Shown: positions 11,530 through 23,230 of the stretch, one piece after another | Position numbering within the stretch: position 1 is the stretch's first letter | Layout of the letters: each line of letters starts with the position of its first letter | Assembly: GCA_905178155.1 (NCBI GenBank) | Contig: CAJINV010000001.1 | Coordinates: forward strand, 3,029,675 to 3,093,674 | Length of the DNA stretch: 64,000 nucleotides | Origin: Amoebophrya sp. A120 | Taxonomy: Eukaryota; Protista; Dinoflagellata | Direction of reading: 5' to 3' | The notes under the pieces: generated by a model | The model's input: the letters and a program-made list of their open reading frames with translations, nothing else | The model's database searches: none | Told to the model about the DNA's origin: nothing | Translations under genes and position numbers: made by a program

Positions 11530-12305
11530 TTCAGTGGGTGGAAGCACCGGGAAATCGAGTTTGATTGAAGAACAAGTAGTCGTGCGTAAACAAATCAACA
11601 AACCGTGTACGACGTCCAGAAGAGCTTGTTGTCAATTTCTATTTCTAGTAGTGGGGCATAGCGAAGTTGCTTGCGTTGCAATGTAATTTTCACGTTTCCT
11701 CTGCTTGCTGCAAGAGGTGGAGCAAATGCGAAAAAAACTTTTTAAGTAGCTAAGTAGGTGAAGTCATGTTCAAATAACGGTAGAATTGAAGGTGGATGCT
11801 GGGTGTACAGGCGTGCAAAGTCAACGTCGAAGACTTCGGACCTTCTGGGAGCCGGCGGGATCCGATCACCTTCGGACGCATAAGCGATACCATGATCCGG
11901 TTCATCTTTTTCATTGTCTTCCTTCGTTCCAAATCCAGTCTGCAAAGTTGTAGCGAACTGGAACTGCTTCGTTGATCTTCGTTTTCATCATGCGCCCAAG
12001 ATGCAACGTAGGAGAGCAGATCTGCTTCTCTTGGGATCAGAAGTTTAAATCCATCCTAAAAAAATACTTGTCCACCCGAACACAAGAAAAATGCGATCTT
12101 GGAGCCTCTGACTTGGGGATGAAGACGTGTTCGCTTCATCTGTTGGCGTGGTACTTATCTCCTTGTGGTACCTCGCGATGCCCACATAGTCATAGAGCAG
12201 CAGGACACCCGCGGCCTGTAGTACTGCTTCGGAGTTCGAGTTCTTTCTCTTCGTATTTTCTTCAACCATATCCCATCTTGAGCAGTGATGCCCGATCTAT
12301 CACTA

Positions 12306-14666
12306 TCATACAGCATCATCATCCTGAAAGAGCTCCGCGTGGAAGTCGCACTTCAACTTGGTTGCCTTGTCGCTGCTTTCCGCGCCGTCCAGCAGCTGTA
12401 GCTCCAATTCCAAATGGTCGCCGTGCTCCACGCCAGCCACGCCCTCCGGCGTTCCCGTCATGATAACGTCGCCAGGCATCAAGGGAAAAACCTTGCTAAT
12501 GTGCGCAATCAAAAAGGGAACGTCGAAAAGTAGATCCTTCGTCGAGGTGGACTGTCGCACTTTTCCATTCACTTTCAGCTCCAATCCGAACTCTGCGTGA
12601 GGAAGGGCGCTCTTGCAGGAGGCTGTTTTATTCAGTTATGTCGAAATGTATTCTTACATATACATCCAAAACTCAGTAAAACCTGCGAACGCAGTGATGA
12701 AAAAGTATGCTTTTTTTTAGTATGAGATCAACTATAAACCATAAGCAAAGAGAAGTAGTGCAGATCCTAGTGTTCAAGGAGGATTAAGATAGGTCTCTGC
12801 TCATCTCCTCCTCCGCCGCGGTTCAATGTGATCAGCATGCGTCTTCGGGACTTGTCCGACATCAATGCGGGGCCATCCGCAATGATGTTTTAGCAAGCCG
12901 AGGCTCCTCATCCTCATAGGTACGCAATCGCTCCACCCCGTCACGCTTGGGAAGACACAGCCAGGGTGCGCACGATCTTGCTACGCGAAGAAAGCGGGCA
13001 CCCAAGAGACTGATTTTGTCTTCGACTCCATTAGCCTCTGCTATGTCTTGGCGGCTGTGTCACTGTACCTGTCTCCTTGTGCCCTGTCGCCCAAGCTGAC
13101 TAGCACAAAACAAAGCTTTTCGTTGAATAAAAAAAGGGGATTGGAAGGCATGATCATCAGCGAGGAACGACAGTGGCGGACATTTTTGGAAAGAGCAATC
13201 ATGACGAGTTAGGATCTCTCGTCAGCGTAGCTAGTCTTCTTTCTGCCCTCTTCAGAGACAAAATCTGACTAGAGGAGACGGAAATTATCTCTAGAGGTCG
13301 CGCGCAAGGCACCTGCAAATTGAAGACACGTGACTGCTTTTCAACAAATAATGCCCATGGTAGCGGAAATTTCGGGACTAGGGGTCATCCTCTGCTTTCT
13401 TATCAAAGTGCGACATCTATATCTTCCGAAGAGAAGGAGCATAGGATGTTTCTTCTCTTCACCTTTGATATTGAAATTCTCAAGGTTCGTCCGTCACTTT
13501 CCACCCCCTTGAAGCCCCTCACTACCAATTGCAAAGAAGAGGAAAAATCTTATGAAGTCAAAAAAATGCCAACGGCAGAGCCGGAATCCCCAACCTTCCG
13601 CCGATATAGCACCCACTATGAAGTACTTACAGAGGGATATACGAAACTGCTGCCCTTAGAAAGAAAATACAGAAAAGAGACCGCTATCGTATTCGGGGGG
13701 AAAAAATCGAAGCAGGGTGCTATTTTTTGATTGAGAAATGAATTGAGTCATCCAGGGGCATCCGGGGAGGTATTTTATCAATGCGTCGAGAAACTGCTAT
13801 ACCACATCCCTTCATTTGCCCCTGGATGTTAATATCTGTTGTGCTCAGTAGTTATTGTTGTCCTTAGCCAATCGAACCACGGGCGCTAACGCAGGTAACC
13901 ACGATACGCCAACATGAATCGACGAAATTTCATCATCCTCCTACAACTCTATCGAAATTGGAGATGGTATGCTTGAAACTAAAATGCGTTGTTTAGCTCA
14001 CGTTCAACGAGGACTACGAGGACGACGAGGTCTGTACTTATAGTTATAATGGTAAATATTTTTACCGGCAAGACTGCCACCCGCGGCGTCACTTCCATTT
14101 GGCAAACACTCCGCAGTCGTCAGGTAGTTTCTCGGTAGAGGCAGAAAGTGAGGCCTCCCCTTAGCCACGTCCCACGGGTGTCCGTTGTCCTTCGCGGCGG
14201 TCTGTGGGTCCCGGGCCGTCATGTCCAACCCCACTGTAAAACCCCGCACGTACTGCAGCGCGTCTTGCTCCCTCACGTTGTATGCCTGCTTGCCTATTAT
14301 CACGGCCAGTTCAATCTCGTGGTGCACGGGGCCGCAGCTCTTCGGGTACATGATCGGCGAATCGAACACGAGGGAGGTTCTTGGTTTCTGAAACAGGATC
14401 GGGTCGTGGCTCGGGCGCGACTGTCGCGTTCTCGAGATTGGGTTCGACCCCGTGTGCAAATGACTCGGGTCGGTTTTCTGCTTTTTCGCTTTCGGCAGAT
14501 CCTTCTCGTACTTTTCCCACATTTCGTCGATGTGCTTGCTGTAATTTTTCCCAACACCAATGATGGTCTGCAGACCTGAAAGGTACTCCGGGTAGTCCTT
14601 CACGAAGGGAAGAGGCGGCAGTACCCTGCTCGCGGCGCCGCGAGACAGTTTGCTCGCTGCTAGCAT
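12306..14666 (-). CDS. FAHD1: Fumarylacetoacetate hydrolase-family protein (FAHD1-like), ~305 aa, 2 exons (14666-14066, 12622-12306)
   Basis: IIGVGKNYSKH, PILFQKP, HHEIELAVIIG, LDMTARDPQ, WDVAKG, LMPGDVIMTGTPEGV motifs; 1443-bp GT-AG intron 12623-14065; transit-peptide-like N-terminus. Confidence 0.88.
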
Positions 14667-15438
14667 GTCTGGAGACGAGGGTGACGGGGGCATCAACGAA
14701 CAGGTGGAACAAGGGCATGCAGGTTATTTCAATAGGTGTTGTGAGCAGCTTGTTGTCCTCTCACTCTACAAACTTGACTCTGCTGCAAGTGCAACCAAAA
14801 AAGATGTTGACAATCCCACAGCGGAAGTATGGAAGAAGATGTTCACGTATCGCTAAGGCAAAGTTCGAAGGCTGAAAATGCCAGAACTAAGAAGTGCTTC
14901 TTCATGAAGACAGAAGACTGATGATGCTTGTGCAGGATTATGTACAGCATGTTGATGACCATGTACCGAGGAGAACCAGACCGACTTTGCAAGTCGCTCT
15001 CGTAACGGCCTACTACACTCAGCATCCACCAGTATGGTCGTGCAGAGAACTAAGCGAGGCTCATTTGCAAGACCTGGAGAAACATGCGATCATCCACAGA
15101 CTGGATCCTTTCATCCACAAGCACAACCGTTGATATTTGCATTCATTTCGCCAATTTGGATTTTCTTCAAATGAAATAGTAGCAGACAGCTGCGAGCTGA
15201 GCTTGTACATTTGTGCAGAAAAATTGCAATGCGAGTTTCATTTTTGTCTTCGGATTCTTTCTACAGGACCCACGGAGACAGAAGTAGGTTACTAGTATCT
15301 ACGTATGGGTCGCTCTTGTGTACACTACCTCGAAAAAGCAAAACAGATTCATTCGCAGGCCTGTTCACAGACTGTATTCTCGAACAAAACTGAAAGTGAA
15401 ACATATCAAAACGGCACCTGCACAGCATTCTCCTACTG

Positions 15439-17985
15439 TCACAGCCCGTCGCCTTCTTCCGCGGCCAACTCCGCAAGTCTCCTCTTCCCGCGCTCCTCCT
15501 CCCGCCCGGACATTCGATACGCCCAGACCTTTTTTAGCAATCTTTCCAGTCTCGCCTTCACTGCTGGGTCGGTGCTGTACGGATGCCGTGGTAGGAGCCT
15601 CCACAGAGCCTCTGCGATGGAATCTAGCACTGAATCGGAACAGTAACCGATCAATTCCAACACACGCAACCGCACTTCGGACTCAACAGCTCGTACGAGA
15701 ATTAGCTCGAGCAAAGCAACGTGACCGTCGACCAGCTGTTGAATTTCATCGGATGGTGCACTAACCTCTCCGAAAGAAGAGATATCCCCGTCCGCGTCTT
15801 GATCTGGAAGACAAGGCGGAGTCTGATGTTCCGCTGCAACTGGGGAACAAGAAGATGCGGCTGTTGAGACTGATGCCATCGACGAAGGCGAAAATGTTGT
15901 GCACGAGGAAGTGCCGGCAGTAGCACCACAGGCTGTTAGTTGATCCTTGACCCCATGTTCATACACTGACACAGAAACTGAAAGAAGCCAGAATTGCACC
16001 CACGCCAGGTCATTCTCGTGCTTCGCAAGTTCCTTCTTCCATCTCACATGCAGCCGCGTGATCGAATCAAGCTGCCTCGGTGACGTAGATGTGGTGGCTG
16101 TTGATGTACTAGCGCCATCACCTATTTCACCAGAAGAGACTGATGGTTGCTGTGAAATAAGTGGCACACTAAGCCGCGAAGATGGAGTTCCACCTGGCAC
16201 CTGTTCTTCAACTCCTACTTTATCTCCGCCTAGTAGCTGCGGGATGCTTTGGTCAAGAAGATTCGTCAACGCACGCACATGCTGCCTCGTGAAGCCAAAA
16301 GTATCGGCGTAGAACCACTCCGGGCCGCAGCCGTAGCAGATGTTGTAGATGATCCGCCACAGGAGTTGCCTCTCGTGCTGAAGCTGATCATTTGCATTTG
16401 CCTCATCTTCCTCGCGGTTTTGCAGTTCTTGTGCCATCATCTCGTCCTCAACATCCCGCGCTTGCCGCGGCAGCTCCTCGTTGTCGGCTGGAATCATGTC
16501 TGTGTCGACGTCTTCAAGAACAACATGATCTTGCTCTTCAACCACCATGTCGGAGTCCTCTGCAGCGGTCCCAGTTCTAGACGTGGAGGCAAGTTCGATC
16601 CCAAGTTTTACAACGCTGTCCCGAATGAACCCCGCAAGTTCTCTCGCGAAACGCCGGTCGACACAGAAATTGCACGCTGCGGTCGAGAAGTTCGGCTGAG
16701 AGCCGTAAAACGGCACGCGCAAAAAGGCATCGCTGGAACGCGGAGGTGGGTGAACGGCCTCTTGTCCGAAGAGGCCCCGGTCACTTTTTCTCTTGCGCAG
16801 GAACGTCCCGTGATCGTTCCATCCAGGGTTGGTTGCAGCTGGTGGTGCTGCTGGTGCTGGTGGCGGTGGGTGCATAAGAACTTCATGATGATCTTCAGGA
16901 GCATGATCGTTGCCCTTATTTTTCTTGGGATTTGATGCCACGCTCCCATCTGGATTTCTCGGTTGTTCGCTTACTACGCACTGTCTTCTCCGACTCAGCA
17001 GCGCGCTTTCCTTCTCGTGCCCGAGCGAATTTTTCCAGCACAAACATGTCGTCTTTGGAGGACCGTGCGTAGTGTCCCTCGTCCCAGCACCTCCTTGGCA
17101 GCTAGTCCCTGATGAACTTCCAGAATTCGTTCTACGCGCAATGCGGTCCGCTGGAAGGACAAAATTTAGGCGCAAAATGGTCATCAACAAACTCGCCCTA
17201 CACGTGTGCGCGCAGCCAGAGTGATCCGCACACGACGACCGAATGGTGTGGAGGACGTTCCGCCCCCATTTTTCCTGCACGCGCGTGGCGTCAGCGTCCA
17301 CCACACTTTGCCTTGCAGCGGTGCGCGGGGAAGCAGATGAACTCGAAGATTCCGCTCTGGTGGCCGTCGGAAGCGGGATCGATGCACAGACTGGACGAGA
17401 GGCTATGCACCCGACGACCGGGCGGCATTTGTTCGCAGTGGAGGTTCTGTTGCAGGCACCTAATCCCTCAATAATCTCCCCTGCACTGAACCGGCGCAGT
17501 AGCGGTAGAATGTGGGTGCAGCTGAACGTTAGTGGCGACCGCTGCAATTCGTGACTGAGTGTTTTCAGCAACAATTTGCGTCCGGGTCTGTTTACGTCCA
17601 AAAAGTCCGCGTCCGGGCGAAATCGGTCCTGCCAGAGTTTCACCGCCTGCACAAAGTCCTGCCACGAGCGAGCCCCTTTCAGCTGTTTCTCCACATTTGC
17701 CCGAAAACTTCCCGGAAGATCGCTGTGCAACACCTGGTGGTGCAAAGCCGCCGTTGCGGTCGAGCCAGAGGCTAATTTCAGAAAGTCCCCAGTGCCAGCA
17801 GCTCGCGCAACGTTGTTGGAAAGGATCTCGGATGGGAGGAGAGAGAGAAGATTCACACAAAAACTTGCAGATGGTTCATTAGTGACGACTTCATTTGGAT
17901 CTAGTTGCTGCAGGAGCTCCTCGCCAGTCGACCAGTCTTCTTCCATCTCAATCGCCTTCGCGGCTCGTTCAGGCGTTGCAACCAT
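15439..17985 (-). CDS. Hypothetical protein with N-terminal F-box-like motif (~848 aa)
   Basis: Long intronless ORF; LLSLLPSEILSNNVARAAGTGDFLKLASGS resembles an F-box; start chosen at MVATPER. Confidence 0.6.
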   Translation of the reverse strand: MVATPERAAKAIEMEEDWSTGEELLQQLDPNEVVTNEPSASFCVNLLSLLPSEILSNNVARAAGTGDFLKLASGSTATAALHHQVLHSDLPGSFRANVEKQLKGARSWQDFVQAVKLWQDRFRPDADFLDVNRPGRKLLLKTLSHELQRSPLTFSCTHILPLLRRFSAGEIIEGLGACNRTSTANKCRPVVGCIASRPVCASIPLPTATRAESSSSSASPRTAARQSVVDADATRVQEKWGRNVLHTIRSSCADHSGCAHTCRASLLMTILRLNFVLPADRIARRTNSGSSSGTSCQGGAGTRDTTHGPPKTTCLCWKNSLGHEKESALLSRRRQCVVSEQPRNPDGSVASNPKKNKGNDHAPEDHHEVLMHPPPPAPAAPPAATNPGWNDHGTFLRKRKSDRGLFGQEAVHPPPRSSDAFLRVPFYGSQPNFSTAACNFCVDRRFARELAGFIRDSVVKLGIELASTSRTGTAAEDSDMVVEEQDHVVLEDVDTDMIPADNEELPRQARDVEDEMMAQELQNREEDEANANDQLQHERQLLWRIIYNICYGCGPEWFYADTFGFTRQHVRALTNLLDQSIPQLLGGDKVGVEEQVPGGTPSSRLSVPLISQQPSVSSGEIGDGASTSTATTSTSPRQLDSITRLHVRWKKELAKHENDLAWVQFWLLSVSVSVYEHGVKDQLTACGATAGTSSCTTFSPSSMASVSTAASSCSPVAAEHQTPPCLPDQDADGDISSFGEVSAPSDEIQQLVDGHVALLELILVRAVESEVRLRVLELIGYCSDSVLDSIAEALWRLLPRHPYSTDPAVKARLERLLKKVWAYRMSGREEERGKRRLAELAAEEGDGL

Positions 17986-18693
17986 ACTGCTGAAAAGAGT
18001 GGGTAATGAAGTGAAGAGCAGGAGCCGAAGGAGGCATGATTGCCAACACGCCCCAATCCAAAAAGGCAAAACAAAACGCATTTTTTTCTGAAACACTAAA
18101 TGCGAGAATCTGACAAAAAGATAGAAGTTGAAGTTCTTGCAATAAACTCCTATCTCGTTTATTTTGTGTAATGGATTGCTGACTGTGACTGCACAAGCGT
18201 GCCTGTCTTCTGTTTCAGCGATGCATGTTGTGCAGTTCCATGATCTTGTAGTTTTGAAAACTACATTTTCATTTTCTGCTGGACCTTCATTCTGAGTACC
18301 ACCTCCGATTATTCCATGAGTGCTTGTGCTGTCACCGCTGATCGTAAAACAGAACAAAAAACGCAAACTTGGGGCGCCCACAACACATGTAGTACGGGTT
18401 GATGTAATCGCTTTCTTTTATTTTGCTTTGTCCGCTTCATTCGCGGTGTATATTCCGTTTTTCATGGATGATGGTCGTCTGAATAAAAAAATGAGTTGTT
18501 TCGTGTCGCTTGGGTTGGTGTCACAAACGTCGCGCTTTTTATGCAGTCAGAAAGAGAAATAACTGTGGCATCGTCATCGCTGAGTCCGCGTAGCAGACAA
18601 GATCATGAGACCAGCGTGGAACCAAAAGTCCGCCCAGCAAACAGGGACAGCGGCTAGTCGGTGAGACCACAAGAACTACGAGCATCATCACCT

Positions 18694-21600
18694 TCACCGC
18701 CTCCCTCGATCGTTCCCCATCAAGCCTCCCTGGCGCGCGAACCCGGTGCCGTGGAGAATGTGGCGGTTGGCTGCTTTGAGGTTCACTTTCGGGCGGTTCC
18801 TCCCCTCGTCCTTGATGATCTCTGCTGCGGGAACAGGTGGCACCCAGCTCCGGCCGTTCACTGGGTCACAGACCGCGCAGTGCAGCACGTCTTCTGAAGG
18901 CACGGGTCGTGTGCACTGCTGGCACCGCCACCGTTTCTGCGCGCCCTGGGCCTTGGCGGTGAACCGGGGGTCGTACTGCTGTTTCTGTGGGAGCTGCGAG
19001 GACGCTGCGGTGTTCACCCCCGCCGCCTCGGGGCCGCGGTGCGCAATCCGGTCCTTTTCTCTCCCGGTCTTCAGTTTCAGCTTGTGCTTGCCGCTTTCTC
19101 GCTGATTGTGATTGTTGTTGTACTGGTCGTAATTATTGTTCTTTCCACCTGTTTGTTGGTCCTGCCTCCAGCTCGACGCTTGTTGCGGAGCAGCAGCAGG
19201 TTGTTGTCCCTCGATGTGCGTTCCAGCGCTGGGGGTCCAGACTATGTTGCGTCCCTTCGGATTGTGCATCTTCCCTGCGCTGCCCTTGCCACCTCCAGCG
19301 GGGTAGATGGAGGAACTTTGACCTTGTCCTTTCTGCGAAGAGAATTTGCCTTGCTGGTGCTGGTGGTCCTTGGACGACGCCGAATTTGCCGCGGGATTGT
19401 TGTTAGTAGCCATGCCCGGTGTCCAGGACTTATTCCCGCCCTTGTGCTGGTTCTTACTGTTACCTCCCTGGCTGTTTTTGTCCCACCAGTTTGTTTGATT
19501 CTTACCTCCGCCTTTAACTTTATTTCCGGCATTCTTGTTCCACGAGCTGCTACTGCTGGTGTTTTTTCCAGCACCGCCGGCGGCATTCTGATTCCACGGC
19601 TCGTCCTGTTTCCAGATTTTTTTCACCTCTCGTTTCAGTTCCTTCTCCACCTTTTTCTTCCGCTCTTCCCGCCAGTCGGCCCACTCTTTTTCCGTCCACT
19701 GGTCTTCCCACGCGCCTTCTTCCTGCTCTTGGTCACCCTGCTTTTGATTTTCGCTGGTCCGATTGTCGCTCCTGTTCCAAGCTGCGCTCGAAGATGAACT
19801 CGCTCCAGTTCCTACCTTGTTCGAAGCTGCATTTGCCGTGAGTGTCACTTTGTTTGCGTTCGCTGCCGCGACAGCCGACGCCGACAAGAGCGGTTTTTGC
19901 GCTAGGTTCTGGCTTTCACCAGTTTTTATCTCATACTGCAGGGGCTGCCTCAAGGTCCGCTGCTGCTCGAATAGCCGCTTTTCTTCTCGGATCTTGTCCA
20001 CCTCTGTCCGCATCGTCGCGTGGGTCTCTTTCCACTCTTCCTCTGCAAGGACCTTGTCCAAAACGACCCGCTTAAACACCTCCTGGTCAAAGGCCGCTAG
20101 TCGATACGCCTTCAGCCAGTAGTTGCTTGCCTGCATGCTGCTCTGGATTTCCGGTTGCGACCAGGTCAGCGCGCGGTGGCGCCAGTAGTCGGCACTGGTG
20201 CCGAAAATCTGCTTTTGGTCCTTCCCTGCCGGCCCAAACACCGGGTCGCTTGCAGCATCCCGTCGCGCCGGCGGTTGGTAGACGCGCAGCTGCCCCGCAG
20301 TCTGCGGCGACACCTTTAGACTCTGCGCCAGCGCGTTCGGCGTGCCCGGCTTGGCAGCCTCGGGACCCGGTGTGGACAGCCAGTACACCCCCTGCTTGCA
20401 CCACCGGTCCGCCGCGTGGGAAAAGCCGGTGCCGAATTGCGGCCGGAAACCGAACGACTCGGGAAGTTGCGTGTTGCGCCGGATGGTCACGTACCTGTAG
20501 AAGATTTTTGCGATTGATGTGTTTTCTCATTCGTTTTCCTTTTCCTGCTTGTAGTTCTGTTCACGTTTTTTAATCTTGGGAATTTTCGAAGTAGACGTGC
20601 TGTACGTATGTAAGTATGCAAGTATAGAACTGAACCAGTAGCAGGTAGTACAAGTACCTTGTGGTTGTTCCTCCTCGTGCTTCTGCGGGCCAAATATCGG
20701 CCGTTTCTGGGAAGTACACATTGTCCTGCGTGGGCTCGACAAAGGCGCAAACGTTGCTCTGACCACCGGTGGCGTCGGCTCCTCGGGGTGTGTGTGAGAT
20801 GTCCATCATGTCCTCATCGGCACTGCTACTGCTCGTAAAATTCTGGTTCTCTGGTTGCGCCATGTCCGGTTGGCCGAAGATCGGTGGCGGCATCGTGGTG
20901 GAGAACCCAATTTCGTGTTCTTGGTCGCCGTGCTGGGGTGGAAAAACGGTTCCTCCTGCTTCGCCCGTCGTGTTCTGTCCGCTTTCGCCTCCTGCGGCGC
21001 CGAATACTTCCTGTGTTTCGTTTCCTCCGCTCACTCCGGTCAGGAAGCTGGCGAGCCCGTCCCCCGTCCCCGTGGGGGCGGATGAAGAAGAAGCGGCGAA
21101 CATTCCGGGGCCGGAAGCGATCAGCGGCGCTTTCGCCCTCTCCGCAAAGTACTCTTCGTTCCTCGCTTGAAGGTCTGCGGCGGAGGCTCCCCGCAAATCC
21201 GCGTCCTCGTTCTTCTTCTTCTTTTGCTTTTTCTGCTTTTTGTTGTTGTCCCGGGCTGCGGACCGCGATCGGGATATAGAAGTTGCAGGAGGAGGAGCGC
21301 TATCTGTTCTTGCAGCCGCTGCTGCAGAAGTTGTAGTTCCGACGTGTTTTGAAGGTGACTTTGCTGAAGCAGCTGGCGTCGATGCAGCCGCCGGCACCGT
21401 GCTGGTGCCAAAGATGCTGCTAAAACTACCAGCTGCTGCGGATGAACTATCACCTCCTGGTTGCGCACTGCCAAAGATACTGGCTACGCTAGCGATAGGT
21501 TTGCTCAGATCGACAGAACTACCTGTGGCGGCCTTGGCGGCTTTGTCTTCCGTCTTAGCCGCACTAGACGCGTTGTCGGTTGTCGTAGTGCCAAAGACGC

Positions 21601-23230
21601 TGGTCGTGGCGCCCCCAAATATTGACGTGGACGAAGACGCGCCTCCAAGATTTCCAAATATTGACCCAGTCCCAGAACCTGCTCCCGCAGCCGGAATAGT
21701 CGATGCGGCGGGCGCGGGTCCTGTTGAAAAAATGTTGGAGGTCGTCCCAGCATCTCCCCCAGGAGTCGCTCCGCCTGCGGCAAATATTGAGGTAGTAGAG
21801 GGTCCGCCAAAGGCGAGAGCAGCTGCTGCATTTCCACTGATGTCTCCCGATTGTGGTGGGGCTCCTTCCTGCTCTGGATCATGAAATTGTTGCTCTACTA
21901 CCCCAGGCTCTGGCTCATCGTTACTTTCGTCTTCTACCTCCGAACTTTCTTCTTCCGAAAGATCCTGCAGAAAACGCTGGCGATGCTGCTCCACGAGTCG
22001 CTGCGGAAGCGGAGCAACAGAGGCATTTTCTGCTTGTTCGCTGTTAAAACCTCCCGAAGCAGGCCTCGTGTCTCGTGGTGGTGACAGCGATTCTTTCCTG
22101 TGTAATTCTTGTGGCTGAACTTGAAATCGTTCTTCCCCTACTTGATTTTCTAACGGCAATACAGGCGGCGCGTCGGTCAAGGCGCGTCCAAAAGAACCTC
22201 CTGAAGCTATCGCAACATTATCGACGAGCGGAACCTCCACAATTACGTCCGCCCAATCCGGGTCGTAAACCTGCTTTTGGATGATTCGGGCCGTCAAGTC
22301 GCGTTCAGGGTGGTTGTGGTCGTGGCTTGGCCTCCTTTTCAGGCGTTTCGCTGCTTTTTCGAAGTAGATTTGATCCGGATCGTCACGGTAGATACCTCTA
22401 CTACTGCCTGAGGTAGTTGCGTGTTGATGTGGCAGCAGATTTTTTGCAATCGCCGCAGTTGTTGCAGTCCGCCCAGGTACAACGGAAGTCGGGCCCAGCA
22501 AGTCTGGCTCAAGATCCGTCCGGTTCACAAAAACGGAGCCGCGCTTGTTGCTGTTGCTACTTCCACGTGGTTCTTGCGAGAATGGTTTACTTCTGCTGTT
22601 GGGATCTATTGCGTTCCTCGCCATGAGATTTGAGCGCTGGGAAGACGCTGTGGGAAGGAAAGGGAAAGCCGGCCGGGAAATAAACCCACACCGTTGGTTG
22701 TCCCTCGCTTGTTCTGCTGCCTCGATCTCGCTCTGCACGGCCGGACTCGCCGCGTGACTGCTGCAGAGGGACGAAGAGGAATGATGCAGCATGGCTCCTG
22801 GTAGTCGTTCTTGCTGCGAAGGGAGGACTTGGACTTCTGCAAGATGACCGTGTGGAGGTCGTCCTCCGCCTCCTCCACGCCCTTCGCCAACATTTCTGCT
22901 AGCTCTAGTTGCATGATCCACAACTGAGTGCAGCTGTGCGCGCCTTGTCCTGGACAGTGCATTGCTGGTCGCTGGTCCACCTTCTTGACGTATTATAGGA
23001 GCTCGAGATAAATTCTGGTCATTCACCTCCTCCTGGTCCTGCAGCTGCCCGACGACGCGACGCAACTTTGCAGGTCGTGAAGATGAGCTCGCAGTAGGTG
23101 CAGTCGCTTGCTGCCGCTCTTGGTGCGCTTGTCTTCGGTCTTGCTGGTGCTGTCGCGCCTGTTGCTGTTCTTGCGCATCGCCATCGCCGGCGACGGCGTT
23201 GCGAAAATAATTCGTCAAGGCTCTGAGCAT
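18694..23230 (-). CDS. Low-complexity FG-repeat protein with C-terminal C4 zinc finger (~1457 aa), 2 exons
   Basis: ORFs 20570-23230 and 18694-20490 joined in frame by GT-AG intron 20495-20657 (TTTR|YVTIRR); SIFG/SVFG/IFG repeats; KKQKKQKKKK; WRCQQC...CAVC. Confidence 0.7.

Noticed and set aside
14700-15133. Plus-strand ORF fragments upstream of FAHD1
   Set aside because: Short, interrupted by stops, no recognisable motif
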